Source: Clostridia bacterium
GTDB taxonomy: Bacteria > Bacillota > Clostridia > Monoglobales > Monoglobaceae
Length of the DNA: 64,000 bases
NCBI GenBank assembly: GCA_017622215.1
Contig: JAGARO010000012.1
Coordinates: 1,043-65,042, forward strand
Direction of reading: 5' to 3'
Below the pieces are notes generated by a model. It searched no databases, was not told where the DNA came from, and saw nothing but the letters and a program-made list of their open reading frames with translations. A program made the translations under genes and the position numbers. Shown here piece after piece: positions 51,237-60,149 of this stretch; positions within the stretch are counted from its first letter, which is position 1, and each line of letters begins with the position of its first letter.

Positions 51237-51917
51237 GTGATTGATTTGTTAGCTATTTTTTTGAGAACTCTTATTATGTATGGGGTGGTTTCCTTATCTG
51301 TCAGAATTATGGGAAAAAGACAGATAGGGGAGCTTGAACCCTCGGAGCTTGTTGTTACAATTATGATATCCGAAGTGGCATCTCTGCCAATCGACGGGGA
51401 AAATCAGAATATTATTCCTGCTGTTATTGCAATTCTTACTTTGGTTGTAATTGAGGTTTTTGTGTCCTATCTTGCTTACAAAAGCAGAAGAATGAGGCAG
51501 TTTCTCTACGGAACGCCAAGTGTGTTCTATGAAAAGGGAAAAATTAATAAAAAGGAAATGGATAAGCAGAGGTTTAACTTAAACGACCTTATGGAAACTG
51601 TGCGTAACGCAGGGGCGTCAAGCCTTGATGAAGTTGACTTTGTAATTATGGAAACAAACGGAAATATGAGCGTTATTATGAACGAACTTTCACGCCCGCT
51701 ATCTCCTGAAGATGTGGGGCTTAAGCCTGAACCTCCTGAAATATCCTATGTAATAATTGACAACGGAAAAATCAATTTTGGAAATCTTAAGAAAATTGGA
51801 TTTAACAGGGAGTGGCTTGATAAGGCAATAATGGAGGAGGGGTATAGAAGTCCCGATGAAATTCTTCTTATGACTGCTGACAGAAGTGGGAAAATTTTCT
51901 TACAAAAATGCAAATAG
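51237..51917 (+). CDS. DUF421 (YetF-like) membrane protein
   Basis: MGKRQIGELEPSELVVTIMISEVAS motif typical of the YetF/YdfS family. Confidence 0.75.
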   Translation: MIDLLAIFLRTLIMYGVVSLSVRIMGKRQIGELEPSELVVTIMISEVASLPIDGENQNIIPAVIAILTLVVIEVFVSYLAYKSRRMRQFLYGTPSVFYEKGKINKKEMDKQRFNLNDLMETVRNAGASSLDEVDFVIMETNGNMSVIMNELSRPLSPEDVGLKPEPPEISYVIIDNGKINFGNLKKIGFNREWLDKAIMEEGYRSPDEILLMTADRSGKIFLQKCK

Positions 51918-51920
51918 GTA

Positions 51921-51949
51921 TTGAAAAGATTTGGGAAAGGTGCTATAAT
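51921..51949 (+). promoter_or_regulatory. sigma-A promoter of asnA
   Basis: TTGAAA, a 17-nt spacer, then TATAAT with TGc (extended -10). Confidence 0.6.
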
Positions 51950-51971
51950 GGGGAAAGAATTATTTTAGGAT

Positions 51972-52988
51972 GTGATAGTATTGGCTGAAATTATTAAGCC
52001 TTTGGGATATCATTCTTGCCTTGGCAAAAAAGACACGCAGATTGCTATTAAAGCCTGCCGTGATTATTTTGAAACTAACCTTGCAAGAGAGCTCCACTTA
52101 ACCCGTGTTTCTGCACCTTTATTTGTTGAGCCTGAAACCGGTCTTAACGACGACTTAAACGGCATTGAAAGGGCTGTTTCCTTTGATGTGAGAGAAACAG
52201 GAAAAGAACTCCAGATTGTTCATTCCCTTGCTAAATGGAAGAGATATGCTCTCGCTAACTATGGCTTTGAAAATGGCGAAGGTCTTTATACTGATATGAA
52301 CGCAATCCGCCGTGATGAAGACACTGACAACATTCATTCTATTTATGTTGACCAGTGGGACTGGGAAAAGGTTATCTCAAAAGAGGACAGAAACGTTTCC
52401 ACACTTAAGCATACTGTAAGAAAAATTTATGATGTGCTTAAGATGACTGAAAAATATATGAACTCCCTTTACCCACAGCTTAAAATTGAGCTCCCTGAAG
52501 AAATTACTTTTGTTACTACTCAGGAGCTTGAGGATTTATACCCTGACAATACTCCAAAAGAGAGGGAATATCTCCATTCAAAGCTTAAGGGCGCAATCTT
52601 TATTATGCAGATTGGCGGTGTACTTAAGTCGGGAGAAAAGCACGATGGACGTGCTCCTGACTATGATGACTGGGAATTAAACGGGGACATTGTTCTTTAC
52701 AACAGAGTTTTAGACTGTCCTTTTGAAATTTCCAGTATGGGTATAAGAGTTTCAGAAGAAAGCCTTAAGGAACAGCTTAAAATTGCGGGCTGTGAGGACA
52801 GGCTTACAATGCCTTTCCACAGAGATTTGATTGCGGGCAAGCTCCCTTATACTATGGGCGGAGGCCTTGGACAGTCAAGAATCTGTATGTTCTTCTTGAA
52901 GAAGGCTCATATCGGCGAAGTTCAGGCGTCAGTTTGGCCTGAAGCAATGAGAGAAGAATGTGAGGCTTGTGACATAAATCTCTTATAA
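51972..52988 (+). CDS. asnA: aspartate-ammonia ligase
   Basis: HSLAKWKR, VDQWDWEKV, APDYDDW and GGGLGQSR motifs, colinear with E. coli AsnA as I remember it. Confidence 0.92.
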   Translation: MIVLAEIIKPLGYHSCLGKKDTQIAIKACRDYFETNLARELHLTRVSAPLFVEPETGLNDDLNGIERAVSFDVRETGKELQIVHSLAKWKRYALANYGFENGEGLYTDMNAIRRDEDTDNIHSIYVDQWDWEKVISKEDRNVSTLKHTVRKIYDVLKMTEKYMNSLYPQLKIELPEEITFVTTQELEDLYPDNTPKEREYLHSKLKGAIFIMQIGGVLKSGEKHDGRAPDYDDWELNGDIVLYNRVLDCPFEISSMGIRVSEESLKEQLKIAGCEDRLTMPFHRDLIAGKLPYTMGGGLGQSRICMFFLKKAHIGEVQASVWPEAMREECEACDINLL

Positions 52989-53002
52989 ATTTTAATTATC
53001 CC

Positions 53003-53031
53003 TTGACAAACGGGCCCTGTAATTATATAAT
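53003..53031 (+). promoter_or_regulatory. consensus sigma-A promoter
   Basis: TTGACA, a 17-nt spacer, then TATAAT. This is a perfect match. Confidence 0.65.
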
Positions 53032-53090
53032 TATATATTGACAGATGATTTTAAAAAGTCCCTGCGACTTTATTTCGGAGGAGAAAAATT

Positions 53091-53723
53091 ATGAAGAAAA
53101 AAACCTGGATAAATTACACACAGATTATACTTATGATTTCATGGCTGGTGATTTCATTTATTCCTTTCTTTATGAAGGGCGATAAGGGAAATATTGTTTC
53201 ACTTCAGTATGTTCTCTGGTTCCCAAAACCAATGGAAAGAGTACAGATTCTTCAGAAGATTTTCCGTACATTTATGACTGGTCAGTACAATGTTAACACA
53301 CTTGTTATGATGCCTCTTATTCTCATAATCGGATATAATATGTGTTGGATCTGGACAAACATCAGAATTAAGGCGAGAAAGTACTGCTATTTCTGGATTA
53401 CTGTTTTTGCGGCTCTTCACTTATACGATATGTTCAAGAACCCACTTATGTTATACGTTTGGAAAGTTGATTATCTCGGCGGAAAGATTTTCTACATAAT
53501 TAACTGTCTTATTGCTATTGCACTTATTGTTCTTTCACTTTATGAATTGTATCTCCACAGAAGATATTTAAAGTGGCTTAAGGTTGACGAAGCATTCCAT
53601 CATGATGAAATTCTCGAAAAGAGAGACGAAAACATGAGACTTACTGCTCTTAAAGAAGAAAAGAGACAGGCTTCACTCAGAGAAGACGAAGAAATTGCAA
53701 AGCGCTTAAGCGAAAATAACTAA
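53091..53723 (+). CDS. membrane protein of unknown function (4 TM segments plus a charged C-terminal helix)
   Basis: 210-aa ORF with an RBS ggaggag. I recognise no family. Confidence 0.6.
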   Translation: MKKKTWINYTQIILMISWLVISFIPFFMKGDKGNIVSLQYVLWFPKPMERVQILQKIFRTFMTGQYNVNTLVMMPLILIIGYNMCWIWTNIRIKARKYCYFWITVFAALHLYDMFKNPLMLYVWKVDYLGGKIFYIINCLIAIALIVLSLYELYLHRRYLKWLKVDEAFHHDEILEKRDENMRLTALKEEKRQASLREDEEIAKRLSENN

Positions 53724-53730
53724 GTTTAAT

Positions 53731-53758
53731 AAAGTCCGGTCTTGTGCCGGACTTTTTT
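53731..53758 (+). terminator. rho-independent terminator
   Basis: agtccgg-tcttgtg-ccggact followed by T6. Confidence 0.75.
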
Positions 53759-53788
53759 ACATTGAAACTGATTTGGGGAGGTGGCGTA

Positions 53789-54286
53789 TTGGGCGTTAAA
53801 AGACTTGTGCGGTGTGCTGTTTTTGTTTTGTTCATTTCAATTTGTTCTGCCTTTGCTTTGCCCTTTGGCGCTGTGCCATTAAGCCTTGGACTCCTTGCCC
53901 TTATGGCTGTTTCTATGGCAGGGGATGTTAAGACAGCTGTGTTTGCAGTTTTGGGTTATTTGCTCTTGGGAATTGTCGGACTTCCTGTTTTTGCAGGGTT
54001 TAAAGGTGGTCTGGGGGTGATTTTCGGACCCACAGGTGGATTTCTTTTGTCCTATATAGCTGTTGCGGTTATTATAGGTTTTTTTGCTTTGCGAGGCAAG
54101 GCTGTTTGGGGGATTGTTCTCGGACTTTTGATTTGCTACATTAAAGGGACTCTCTGGTTTATGATTGTTATGCGAGTGTCCTTTATTCAGGCTTTATCTG
54201 TGGCTGTTTTGCCTTTTGTGGTGCCTGATATTATAAAGTGCATTTTAGGATATTATATCGGGAAACGGATAAAGATAATTATATAA
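53789..54286 (+). CDS. bioY: biotin transporter BioY
   Basis: VPLSLGLLALM...GLPVFAGFKGGLGVIFGPTGGFLLSY is a typical BioY core. I chose TTG 53789 (RBS ggggaggtgg) because the longer ORF runs through the upstream terminator. Confidence 0.8.
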   Translation: MGVKRLVRCAVFVLFISICSAFALPFGAVPLSLGLLALMAVSMAGDVKTAVFAVLGYLLLGIVGLPVFAGFKGGLGVIFGPTGGFLLSYIAVAVIIGFFALRGKAVWGIVLGLLICYIKGTLWFMIVMRVSFIQALSVAVLPFVVPDIIKCILGYYIGKRIKIII

Positions 54287-54287
54287 T

Positions 54288-54323
54288 AAAAAAAGGATTT
54301 GTGATAATTCACAAATCCTTTTT
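54288..54323. terminator. bidirectional terminator
   Basis: ggatttgtga-taat-tcacaaatcc flanked by an A-run and a T-run. Confidence 0.75.
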
Positions 54324-54338
54324 GAGTTTTTTAAACAA

Positions 54339-55340
54339 TTACTTGTTCATTGCTTCTTCGATAGCAACTGCAACAGCAACAGTCATACCAACCATTGGGT
54401 TGTTACCTGCGCCGATAAGTCCCATCATTTCTACGTGAGCAGGAACAGAAGAAGAACCAGCGAACTGTGCGTCTGAGTGCATTCTTCCCATTGTATCTGT
54501 CATACCGTATGAAGCAGGACCAGCAGCCATATTATCTGGGTGAAGTGTACGGCCTGTACCGCCACCTGAAGCTACTGAGAAGTACTTCTTGCCCTGTTCG
54601 ATACATTCTTTCTTATATGTACCTGCAACTGGGTGCTGGAATCTTGTTGGGTTTGTTGAGTTACCTGTGATAGATACGTCAACGCCTTCCTTATGCATAA
54701 TTGCAACGCCTTCACGAACGTCATCTGAACCGTAGCAACGAACTGCAGCTCTTTCGCCCTTTGAATATGCGATTTCCTTTACAACATTTACTTCGCCTGT
54801 GAAGTAGTCAAACTGTGTCTGAACATATGTAAAACCGTTAATTCTTGAGATAATCTGTGCAGCGTCCTTACCAAGACCGTTAAGAATAACTCTGAGTGGT
54901 TCTTTACGAGCCTTATTAGCTGACTTTGCAAGACCGATAGCACCTTCTGCAGCAGCAAAAGATTCGTGACCTGCTAAGAATGCGAAACACTTTGTTTCTT
55001 CTCTTAAAAGCATTGCGCCCAGGTTACCGTGGCCAAGACCAACTTTTCTGTCGTCTGCAACAGAACCTGGGATACAGAATGACTGAAGACCTACGCCGAT
55101 TTTTTCAGCAGCGTCAGCAGCCTTTGTGCAACCGTCCTTGATTGCGATTGCAGCGCCTACAATGTAAGCCCAGCAAGCGTTTTCAAAACAGATTGGCTGA
55201 ATTCCCTTAACTAAGTTATAAACATCAATACCCTTATCGTCACAAATCTGCTTTGCTTCTTCGATAGAGTTTATGCCGTGCTTCTTAAGTTCGGCATTAA
55301 TCTGGTCAATTCTTCTTTCGTAACTTTCAAATAAAGCCAT
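54339..55340 (-). CDS. GGGtGRT family protein (function unknown)
   Basis: 333 aa containing the eponymous SGGGTGRT motif and the glycine-rich C-terminal half AGPASYGMTDTMGRMHSD...GAGNNPMVGM. Confidence 0.8.
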   Translation of the reverse strand: MALFESYERRIDQINAELKKHGINSIEEAKQICDDKGIDVYNLVKGIQPICFENACWAYIVGAAIAIKDGCTKAADAAEKIGVGLQSFCIPGSVADDRKVGLGHGNLGAMLLREETKCFAFLAGHESFAAAEGAIGLAKSANKARKEPLRVILNGLGKDAAQIISRINGFTYVQTQFDYFTGEVNVVKEIAYSKGERAAVRCYGSDDVREGVAIMHKEGVDVSITGNSTNPTRFQHPVAGTYKKECIEQGKKYFSVASGGGTGRTLHPDNMAAGPASYGMTDTMGRMHSDAQFAGSSSVPAHVEMMGLIGAGNNPMVGMTVAVAVAIEEAMNK

Positions 55341-55354
55341 GATTTATACCTCCC

Positions 55355-56047
55355 TTATGCCTTTCTTGGATCGATGAGCTTTGCAGCATCGTCAACACGT
55401 CCGTACTGACCGCTTGCCTTCTTTAAAGCTTCATTTGCATCCATACCGTTTCTGATATTTTCCATCATCTTACCGAGGTGAACGAACTTGTAACCGATAA
55501 TCTGGTTTTCGTCGTCAACTGCGATATCTGTGATATAACCTTCTGCAAGTTCAAGGTAACGTGGTCCCTTTTCAAGTGTTGCGTATGTAGTACCAACCTG
55601 TGAACGGAGGCCCTTACCAAGGTCTTCAAGACCTGCGCCGATTGGGAGACCGTCTTCTGAGAATGCAGTCTGTGTACGGCCGTAAACAATCTGGAGGAAG
55701 AGTTCTCTCATAGCTGTGTTGATAGCATCACAAACTAAGTCTGTGTTGAGAGCTTCGAGAAGTGTCTTGCCGATGAGAATTTCAGCAGCCATAGCAGCAG
55801 AGTGTGTCATACCACTACATCCAACTGTCTCAACGAGAGCTTCCTGGATAATTCCTTCCTTTACATTTAATGTGAGCTTACATGTACCCTGCTGTGGTGC
55901 ACACCAGCCGATACCGTGTGTAAGACCTGAAATGTCTTTAATTTCTTTTGCCTGAGTCCACTTGCCTTCCTGCGGAATTGGTGCAGGACCGTGATATACG
56001 CCTTTCGCGAGAGGACACATTTCTTCTACTTCGCGTGAGTACTTCAT
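55355..56047 (-). CDS. IscU/NifU-N-like Fe-S scaffold domain protein with a C-terminal extension of about 100 aa
   Basis: GWCAPQQGTC, VGCSGMTHSAAMAAE and LVCDAINTA align with the three Cys-bearing motifs of IscU. Confidence 0.7.
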   Translation of the reverse strand: MKYSREVEEMCPLAKGVYHGPAPIPQEGKWTQAKEIKDISGLTHGIGWCAPQQGTCKLTLNVKEGIIQEALVETVGCSGMTHSAAMAAEILIGKTLLEALNTDLVCDAINTAMRELFLQIVYGRTQTAFSEDGLPIGAGLEDLGKGLRSQVGTTYATLEKGPRYLELAEGYITDIAVDDENQIIGYKFVHLGKMMENIRNGMDANEALKKASGQYGRVDDAAKLIDPRKA

Positions 56048-56084
56048 AGTAGATTTCTCCTTTCAAATTAAGCAATTACAGTTT

Positions 56085-56113
56085 ATTATACATCATTTTT
56101 TTACAATAATCAA
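56085..56113 (-). promoter_or_regulatory. sigma-A promoter of the IscU-like/GGGtGRT operon
   Basis: On the minus strand: TTGATT, a 17-nt spacer, then TATAAT with an upstream TG. RBS aaaggagaa. Confidence 0.6.
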
Positions 56114-56133
56114 TAGAAAAAGTGAAAATTTTG

Positions 56134-56910
56134 TCAATCTATGGAATTAAAATTCAGTCTTTCAATTCCATTCACTTTTCCTGTCTTTTCGTCTATGTCA
56201 AAGACGCATCCTGAAAACCACACTTCACCCTCGGCTTTTTCAAACCTGAAATGCTTTCTTGTGTAATACATATCCATTATAATTTCTTTTTTTACACCTA
56301 AAATTGAGTCCCTTACGCCTGTCATTCCGAGGTCAGTTATATAGGCTGTGCCATTTGGAAGAATATGCTCGTCAGCTGTCTGGACGTGGGTATGGGTGCC
56401 GAAAATTATGTTTGCTTTGCCGTCAAAATAGTTGGCAAAGGCAAGCTTTTCACTTGTTGTTTCGGCGTGAAAATCAATTACAATTATGTCTGCATCAATT
56501 TTATCGAGGATTTTTTCTGTTGCCCTGAATGGACAGTCAAGGGGCTCCATATGAACTCTGCCCATCATATTTATGACTGCTATTTTTGCAAAGCCAAGCT
56601 CCTCAATATAATATGGCATACCCTCTGTTTCAGATGGATAGTTGCCCGGTCTTATTACACGGGGCATATCCTCTAAAACTGCTCCGTATTCCTTGTTTGC
56701 AAAGGTATGGTTCCCCATTGTGATTACATCAACTCCGCACTCGATAAGTGTTTCAGCTATGTCCTTTGTAATGCCGTTTGTGTTGGCTGAATTTTCGCCG
56801 TTTGCTATGCAATAATCTATATTATATTTCTTTCGTATTCTGCCTAAATTATTATATACAAATTCACGTCCGTCTGAGGCTACAATATCACCTATTGCTA
56901 AAATTCGCAT
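56134..56910 (-). CDS. ymdB: YmdB-type metallophosphoesterase (TIGR00282 family)
   Basis: MRILAIGDIV, NGEN, GNH, DFHAETTSEK and GTHTHVQTAD are colinear with B. subtilis YmdB. Confidence 0.9.
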   Translation of the reverse strand: MRILAIGDIVASDGREFVYNNLGRIRKKYNIDYCIANGENSANTNGITKDIAETLIECGVDVITMGNHTFANKEYGAVLEDMPRVIRPGNYPSETEGMPYYIEELGFAKIAVINMMGRVHMEPLDCPFRATEKILDKIDADIIVIDFHAETTSEKLAFANYFDGKANIIFGTHTHVQTADEHILPNGTAYITDLGMTGVRDSILGVKKEIIMDMYYTRKHFRFEKAEGEVWFSGCVFDIDEKTGKVNGIERLNFNSID

Positions 56911-57006
56911 AAAGTTTCTCCTTTTCTTTATTTGCTGTTAAATATTGTATCATATTTCTTGCAAATTGGCAATAATTATGATACAATTTATATTGAGGTA
57001 TTGTGT

Positions 57007-59361
57007 ATGGAAAAGAAAACACTTAAAACACTTGAATACAATAAAATAATTGACATACTTGAGGGGTTTGCTGTTTCGGAATCTGCTAAAAAAATGGCTC
57101 TTGAGCTTAAGCCTTTTGTCAGCATTAAAAGAGTAAGCCGTGCTCTCGCTTTAACTGATTCTGCATATATTATGCTTATGAAGTTCGGCACTCCGTCTTT
57201 TTATGCCTTAAGCCCTATTGGTGAGGCTATAAAGAGAATGGATAAGGGCGGAAGTTTATCTATGGCTGAACTTTTAAACTGTGCATCTGTGCTTAAGAAT
57301 GCTGAAGCCCTGAAAAAATACGGAGAGGATAATTCGGGAAGTTTATCCGAAATTTTTGAAAGCATTATTGTTCATAAGGACGTTGCAGACAGGATTACTT
57401 CGGCTATTATTTCAGAGGAGGAGGTTTCCGATTCTGCCAGTCCAGAGCTTTACGATATAAGAAGAAAGATAAGGACTACTTCTTCAAAAATCAAGGACGT
57501 TCTTAACAACATTATCCACGGTGAGCATTACAGAAAAATGCTTCAGGATAATATTATTACCATGCGTAACGACAGGTATGTTGTGCCTGTTAAGGCTGAA
57601 TATAAAGGGGAAGTGGGCGGTATTGTCCACGATATTTCTGCATCGGGGGGAACTGTTTTTATAGAGCCTTCTGCTGTGGTTAGTGCCAACAATGACCTCC
57701 ACGAGCTTGCAATTAGGGAAAAGCAGGAGATTGAAAAAATTCTCCGTAGTCTTACAAATGATTTAATTGAAATTGAAGAGGATTTGAAAATTGATTTTGA
57801 CGCTGTAACAGAGCTTGATTTTATCTTTGCAAAGGCAAAGATGGGGGTTGATTTCCGTGGTGTTATTCCGAATATCAATGCAACGGGCAGAATAAACATT
57901 ATCAAGGGCAGACACCCTCTTATAAACAGAGAAAAGGTTGTGCCTGTTGATATTAACCTTGGCATTGACTTTGACAGCCTTATTGTTACAGGTCCGAACA
58001 CAGGTGGTAAAACTGTTGTGCTTAAAACTGTGGGACTTTTCACATTGATGGCACAGAGCGGTCTTATGATACCTGCAGGGGATAATTCGGAGATTGCTGT
58101 ATTTTCAAATGTGTTTGCTGATATCGGCGATGAGCAGAGTATTGAGCAGAGCCTCAGTACATTCTCATCTCATATGGTGAATATTGTTCATATACTTGAA
58201 AATATTACTGCTGACAGCCTTGTACTCTTTGACGAGCTTGGGGCAGGCACTGACCCGACAGAGGGAGCAGCACTTGCTAATGCAATACTTGAATATGTAA
58301 GGGGCATAGGTGCGAAAACTGTTGCAACTACCCATTACAGTGAGCTTAAGCTTTATGCTCTTTCAACAGAGAGAGTTGAAAACGGAAGCTGTGAGTTCGA
58401 TGTTAACACTTTAAGCCCGACATATAGGCTCTTAATCGGTGTGCCGGGAAGAAGTAACGCTTTTGCTGTTTCAAAGCGCTTGGGACTTTCAGATTATATT
58501 ATTGAAAAGTCAAAGGAGCTTTTATCTAAAGAAACTATTAAGTTTGAAGATGTGCTCTCCAGCATTGAAAAGGACAGAAAGATTGCTGAAAGTGCAAGTC
58601 AGGAGCAGACAAGACTTAAAAATGAAGTTAAAAGACTTCGTGATGAGCTTAAGGCTGAACGCCGTAAGTTTGACGAGGAAAGAGAAAGACTTATGGTCCG
58701 TGCCAGCGAAAAGGCTGAGAAGATTATTCATAAGGCTGAAATGGAAACGGAGTCTGCACTTTTAGAAATTAAAAAGGCTAAAAAGGAAAAGGACGAACAG
58801 GAAGCTTTAAAGAAAATGGAGGAAATGAAAAAGGAACTCCGTGAAAAGCTTAAAGGCACAAAGCGTCCGCCAAGACCTGTTAAGCAGATTAAATCTGATG
58901 TTACTATAAACAACTTAAAGCCAGGTTCAACTGTTATGATTATTGATATGGGGGACAAGGGAACTGTTGTTTCCATAAACAAAAAGGACGAGAGCGCTGT
59001 GGTTCAGGTTGGAATCATGAAGGTTACAGCAAAGCTTAAAAATCTTGCCCTTGTTAAAGATAAAGATGTGGAAGAACTTATGAGGTTTGTGCCGAGGCGT
59101 GAATGTCTTGGGGCGAAAGATGTTCGTACTGAGCTTGATTTAAGGGGTAAAACCTTGGAGGAGGCTCTTTATGAAACTGACTTGTTCCTTGACCAGTGTA
59201 TGCGTTCTTCACTGCATAATGCTACAATTATTCACGGTAAGGGCACAGGTAAGTTAAGAACAGGAATTCAGAATATGCTCCGTAAGGACAAGAGAGTAAA
59301 ATCTTACAGAACAGGTACCTACGGAGAGGGAGAGAATGGAGTTACCTTAATTGAACTTTAA
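57007..59361 (+). CDS. mutS2: endonuclease MutS2
   Basis: Walker A GPNTGGKT, DELGAGTDP, a coiled-coil region, and a C-terminal Smr domain (LDLRG...HGKGTG). Confidence 0.93.
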   Translation: MEKKTLKTLEYNKIIDILEGFAVSESAKKMALELKPFVSIKRVSRALALTDSAYIMLMKFGTPSFYALSPIGEAIKRMDKGGSLSMAELLNCASVLKNAEALKKYGEDNSGSLSEIFESIIVHKDVADRITSAIISEEEVSDSASPELYDIRRKIRTTSSKIKDVLNNIIHGEHYRKMLQDNIITMRNDRYVVPVKAEYKGEVGGIVHDISASGGTVFIEPSAVVSANNDLHELAIREKQEIEKILRSLTNDLIEIEEDLKIDFDAVTELDFIFAKAKMGVDFRGVIPNINATGRINIIKGRHPLINREKVVPVDINLGIDFDSLIVTGPNTGGKTVVLKTVGLFTLMAQSGLMIPAGDNSEIAVFSNVFADIGDEQSIEQSLSTFSSHMVNIVHILENITADSLVLFDELGAGTDPTEGAALANAILEYVRGIGAKTVATTHYSELKLYALSTERVENGSCEFDVNTLSPTYRLLIGVPGRSNAFAVSKRLGLSDYIIEKSKELLSKETIKFEDVLSSIEKDRKIAESASQEQTRLKNEVKRLRDELKAERRKFDEERERLMVRASEKAEKIIHKAEMETESALLEIKKAKKEKDEQEALKKMEEMKKELREKLKGTKRPPRPVKQIKSDVTINNLKPGSTVMIIDMGDKGTVVSINKKDESAVVQVGIMKVTAKLKNLALVKDKDVEELMRFVPRRECLGAKDVRTELDLRGKTLEEALYETDLFLDQCMRSSLHNATIIHGKGTGKLRTGIQNMLRKDKRVKSYRTGTYGEGENGVTLIEL

Positions 59362-60145
59362 AAATTTTGGAAGTCAGAAATATCTTTTATCTGAAAAGAT
59401 GAGTGGTTTTTCCTCACTTGCTCATTGTTTTACAACAAGAGAGGGAGGCTTTAGCACAGGGAAAATTCAAGGACTTAACCTTGGTTTCCGTGTGGGAGAT
59501 ACCCCTGAAAATGTAATGAAGAATTACAGACAGGTGTGCGATGATATGGGATTTAGCTTTGACAATATAGTTTTGTCCCGTCAGGAGCATACTGATAATA
59601 TAAGGATTGTGAAAGAAGAGGATAAGGGGAAAGGTCTTGCAAAAGAAAGTGATATTTTTTCCACTGACGGGCTTATAACCAACCTTAAAAATGTTCCTCT
59701 TGGAATTTTTTATGCAGACTGTGTGCCTGTTTTACTCTATGACAGGGAAAAGCAGGTTATCGGCGCAATTCACAGCGGTTGGAGAGGAACTGTTATGGGG
59801 ATTTCGGCGAAGGCTGTGGAAATTTTTAAGGAAAAATTCGGCTCGGAAGTTAAAGATATTGTTTGTGCAATCGGGCCTTGTATCGGACCTTGCTGTTTTG
59901 AGGTTCAGGAGGATGTGGCACAGCATTTTGACTCAAAATATGTAATAAAAAAGGAAAATGGCAGGTTTAACATTGACCTGTGGAAAGCAAATGTTGATAT
60001 TCTTGTTTCGGCGGGAGTGCCGAGAGAAAATATTGATATTGCAGAGGAATGCACAAAGTGTAAAAATCAGATTTACTATTCCTATCGGGCTCACGGTAAG
60101 GAGCATACGGGGAGAATGTGTGCATTTATAGAATTAAAGGATTGA
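59351..60145 (+). CDS. pgeF: YfiH/PgeF family (peptidoglycan editing factor / laccase-domain) protein
   Basis: FTTREGG, HSGWRGT and GPCIGPCCFEV motifs. The start is uncertain (TTG 59351 or ATG 59399). Confidence 0.85.
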   Translation: MNFKNFGSQKYLLSEKMSGFSSLAHCFTTREGGFSTGKIQGLNLGFRVGDTPENVMKNYRQVCDDMGFSFDNIVLSRQEHTDNIRIVKEEDKGKGLAKESDIFSTDGLITNLKNVPLGIFYADCVPVLLYDREKQVIGAIHSGWRGTVMGISAKAVEIFKEKFGSEVKDIVCAIGPCIGPCCFEVQEDVAQHFDSKYVIKKENGRFNIDLWKANVDILVSAGVPRENIDIAEECTKCKNQIYYSYRAHGKEHTGRMCAFIELKD

Positions 60146-60149
60146 TTTA

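Noticed and set aside
53744-53788. The longer BioY ORF starting at 53744.
   Set aside because: This start lies inside the stem-loop and T-tract of the terminator of the upstream gene. TTG 53789 has a strong GGGGAGGTGG RBS.
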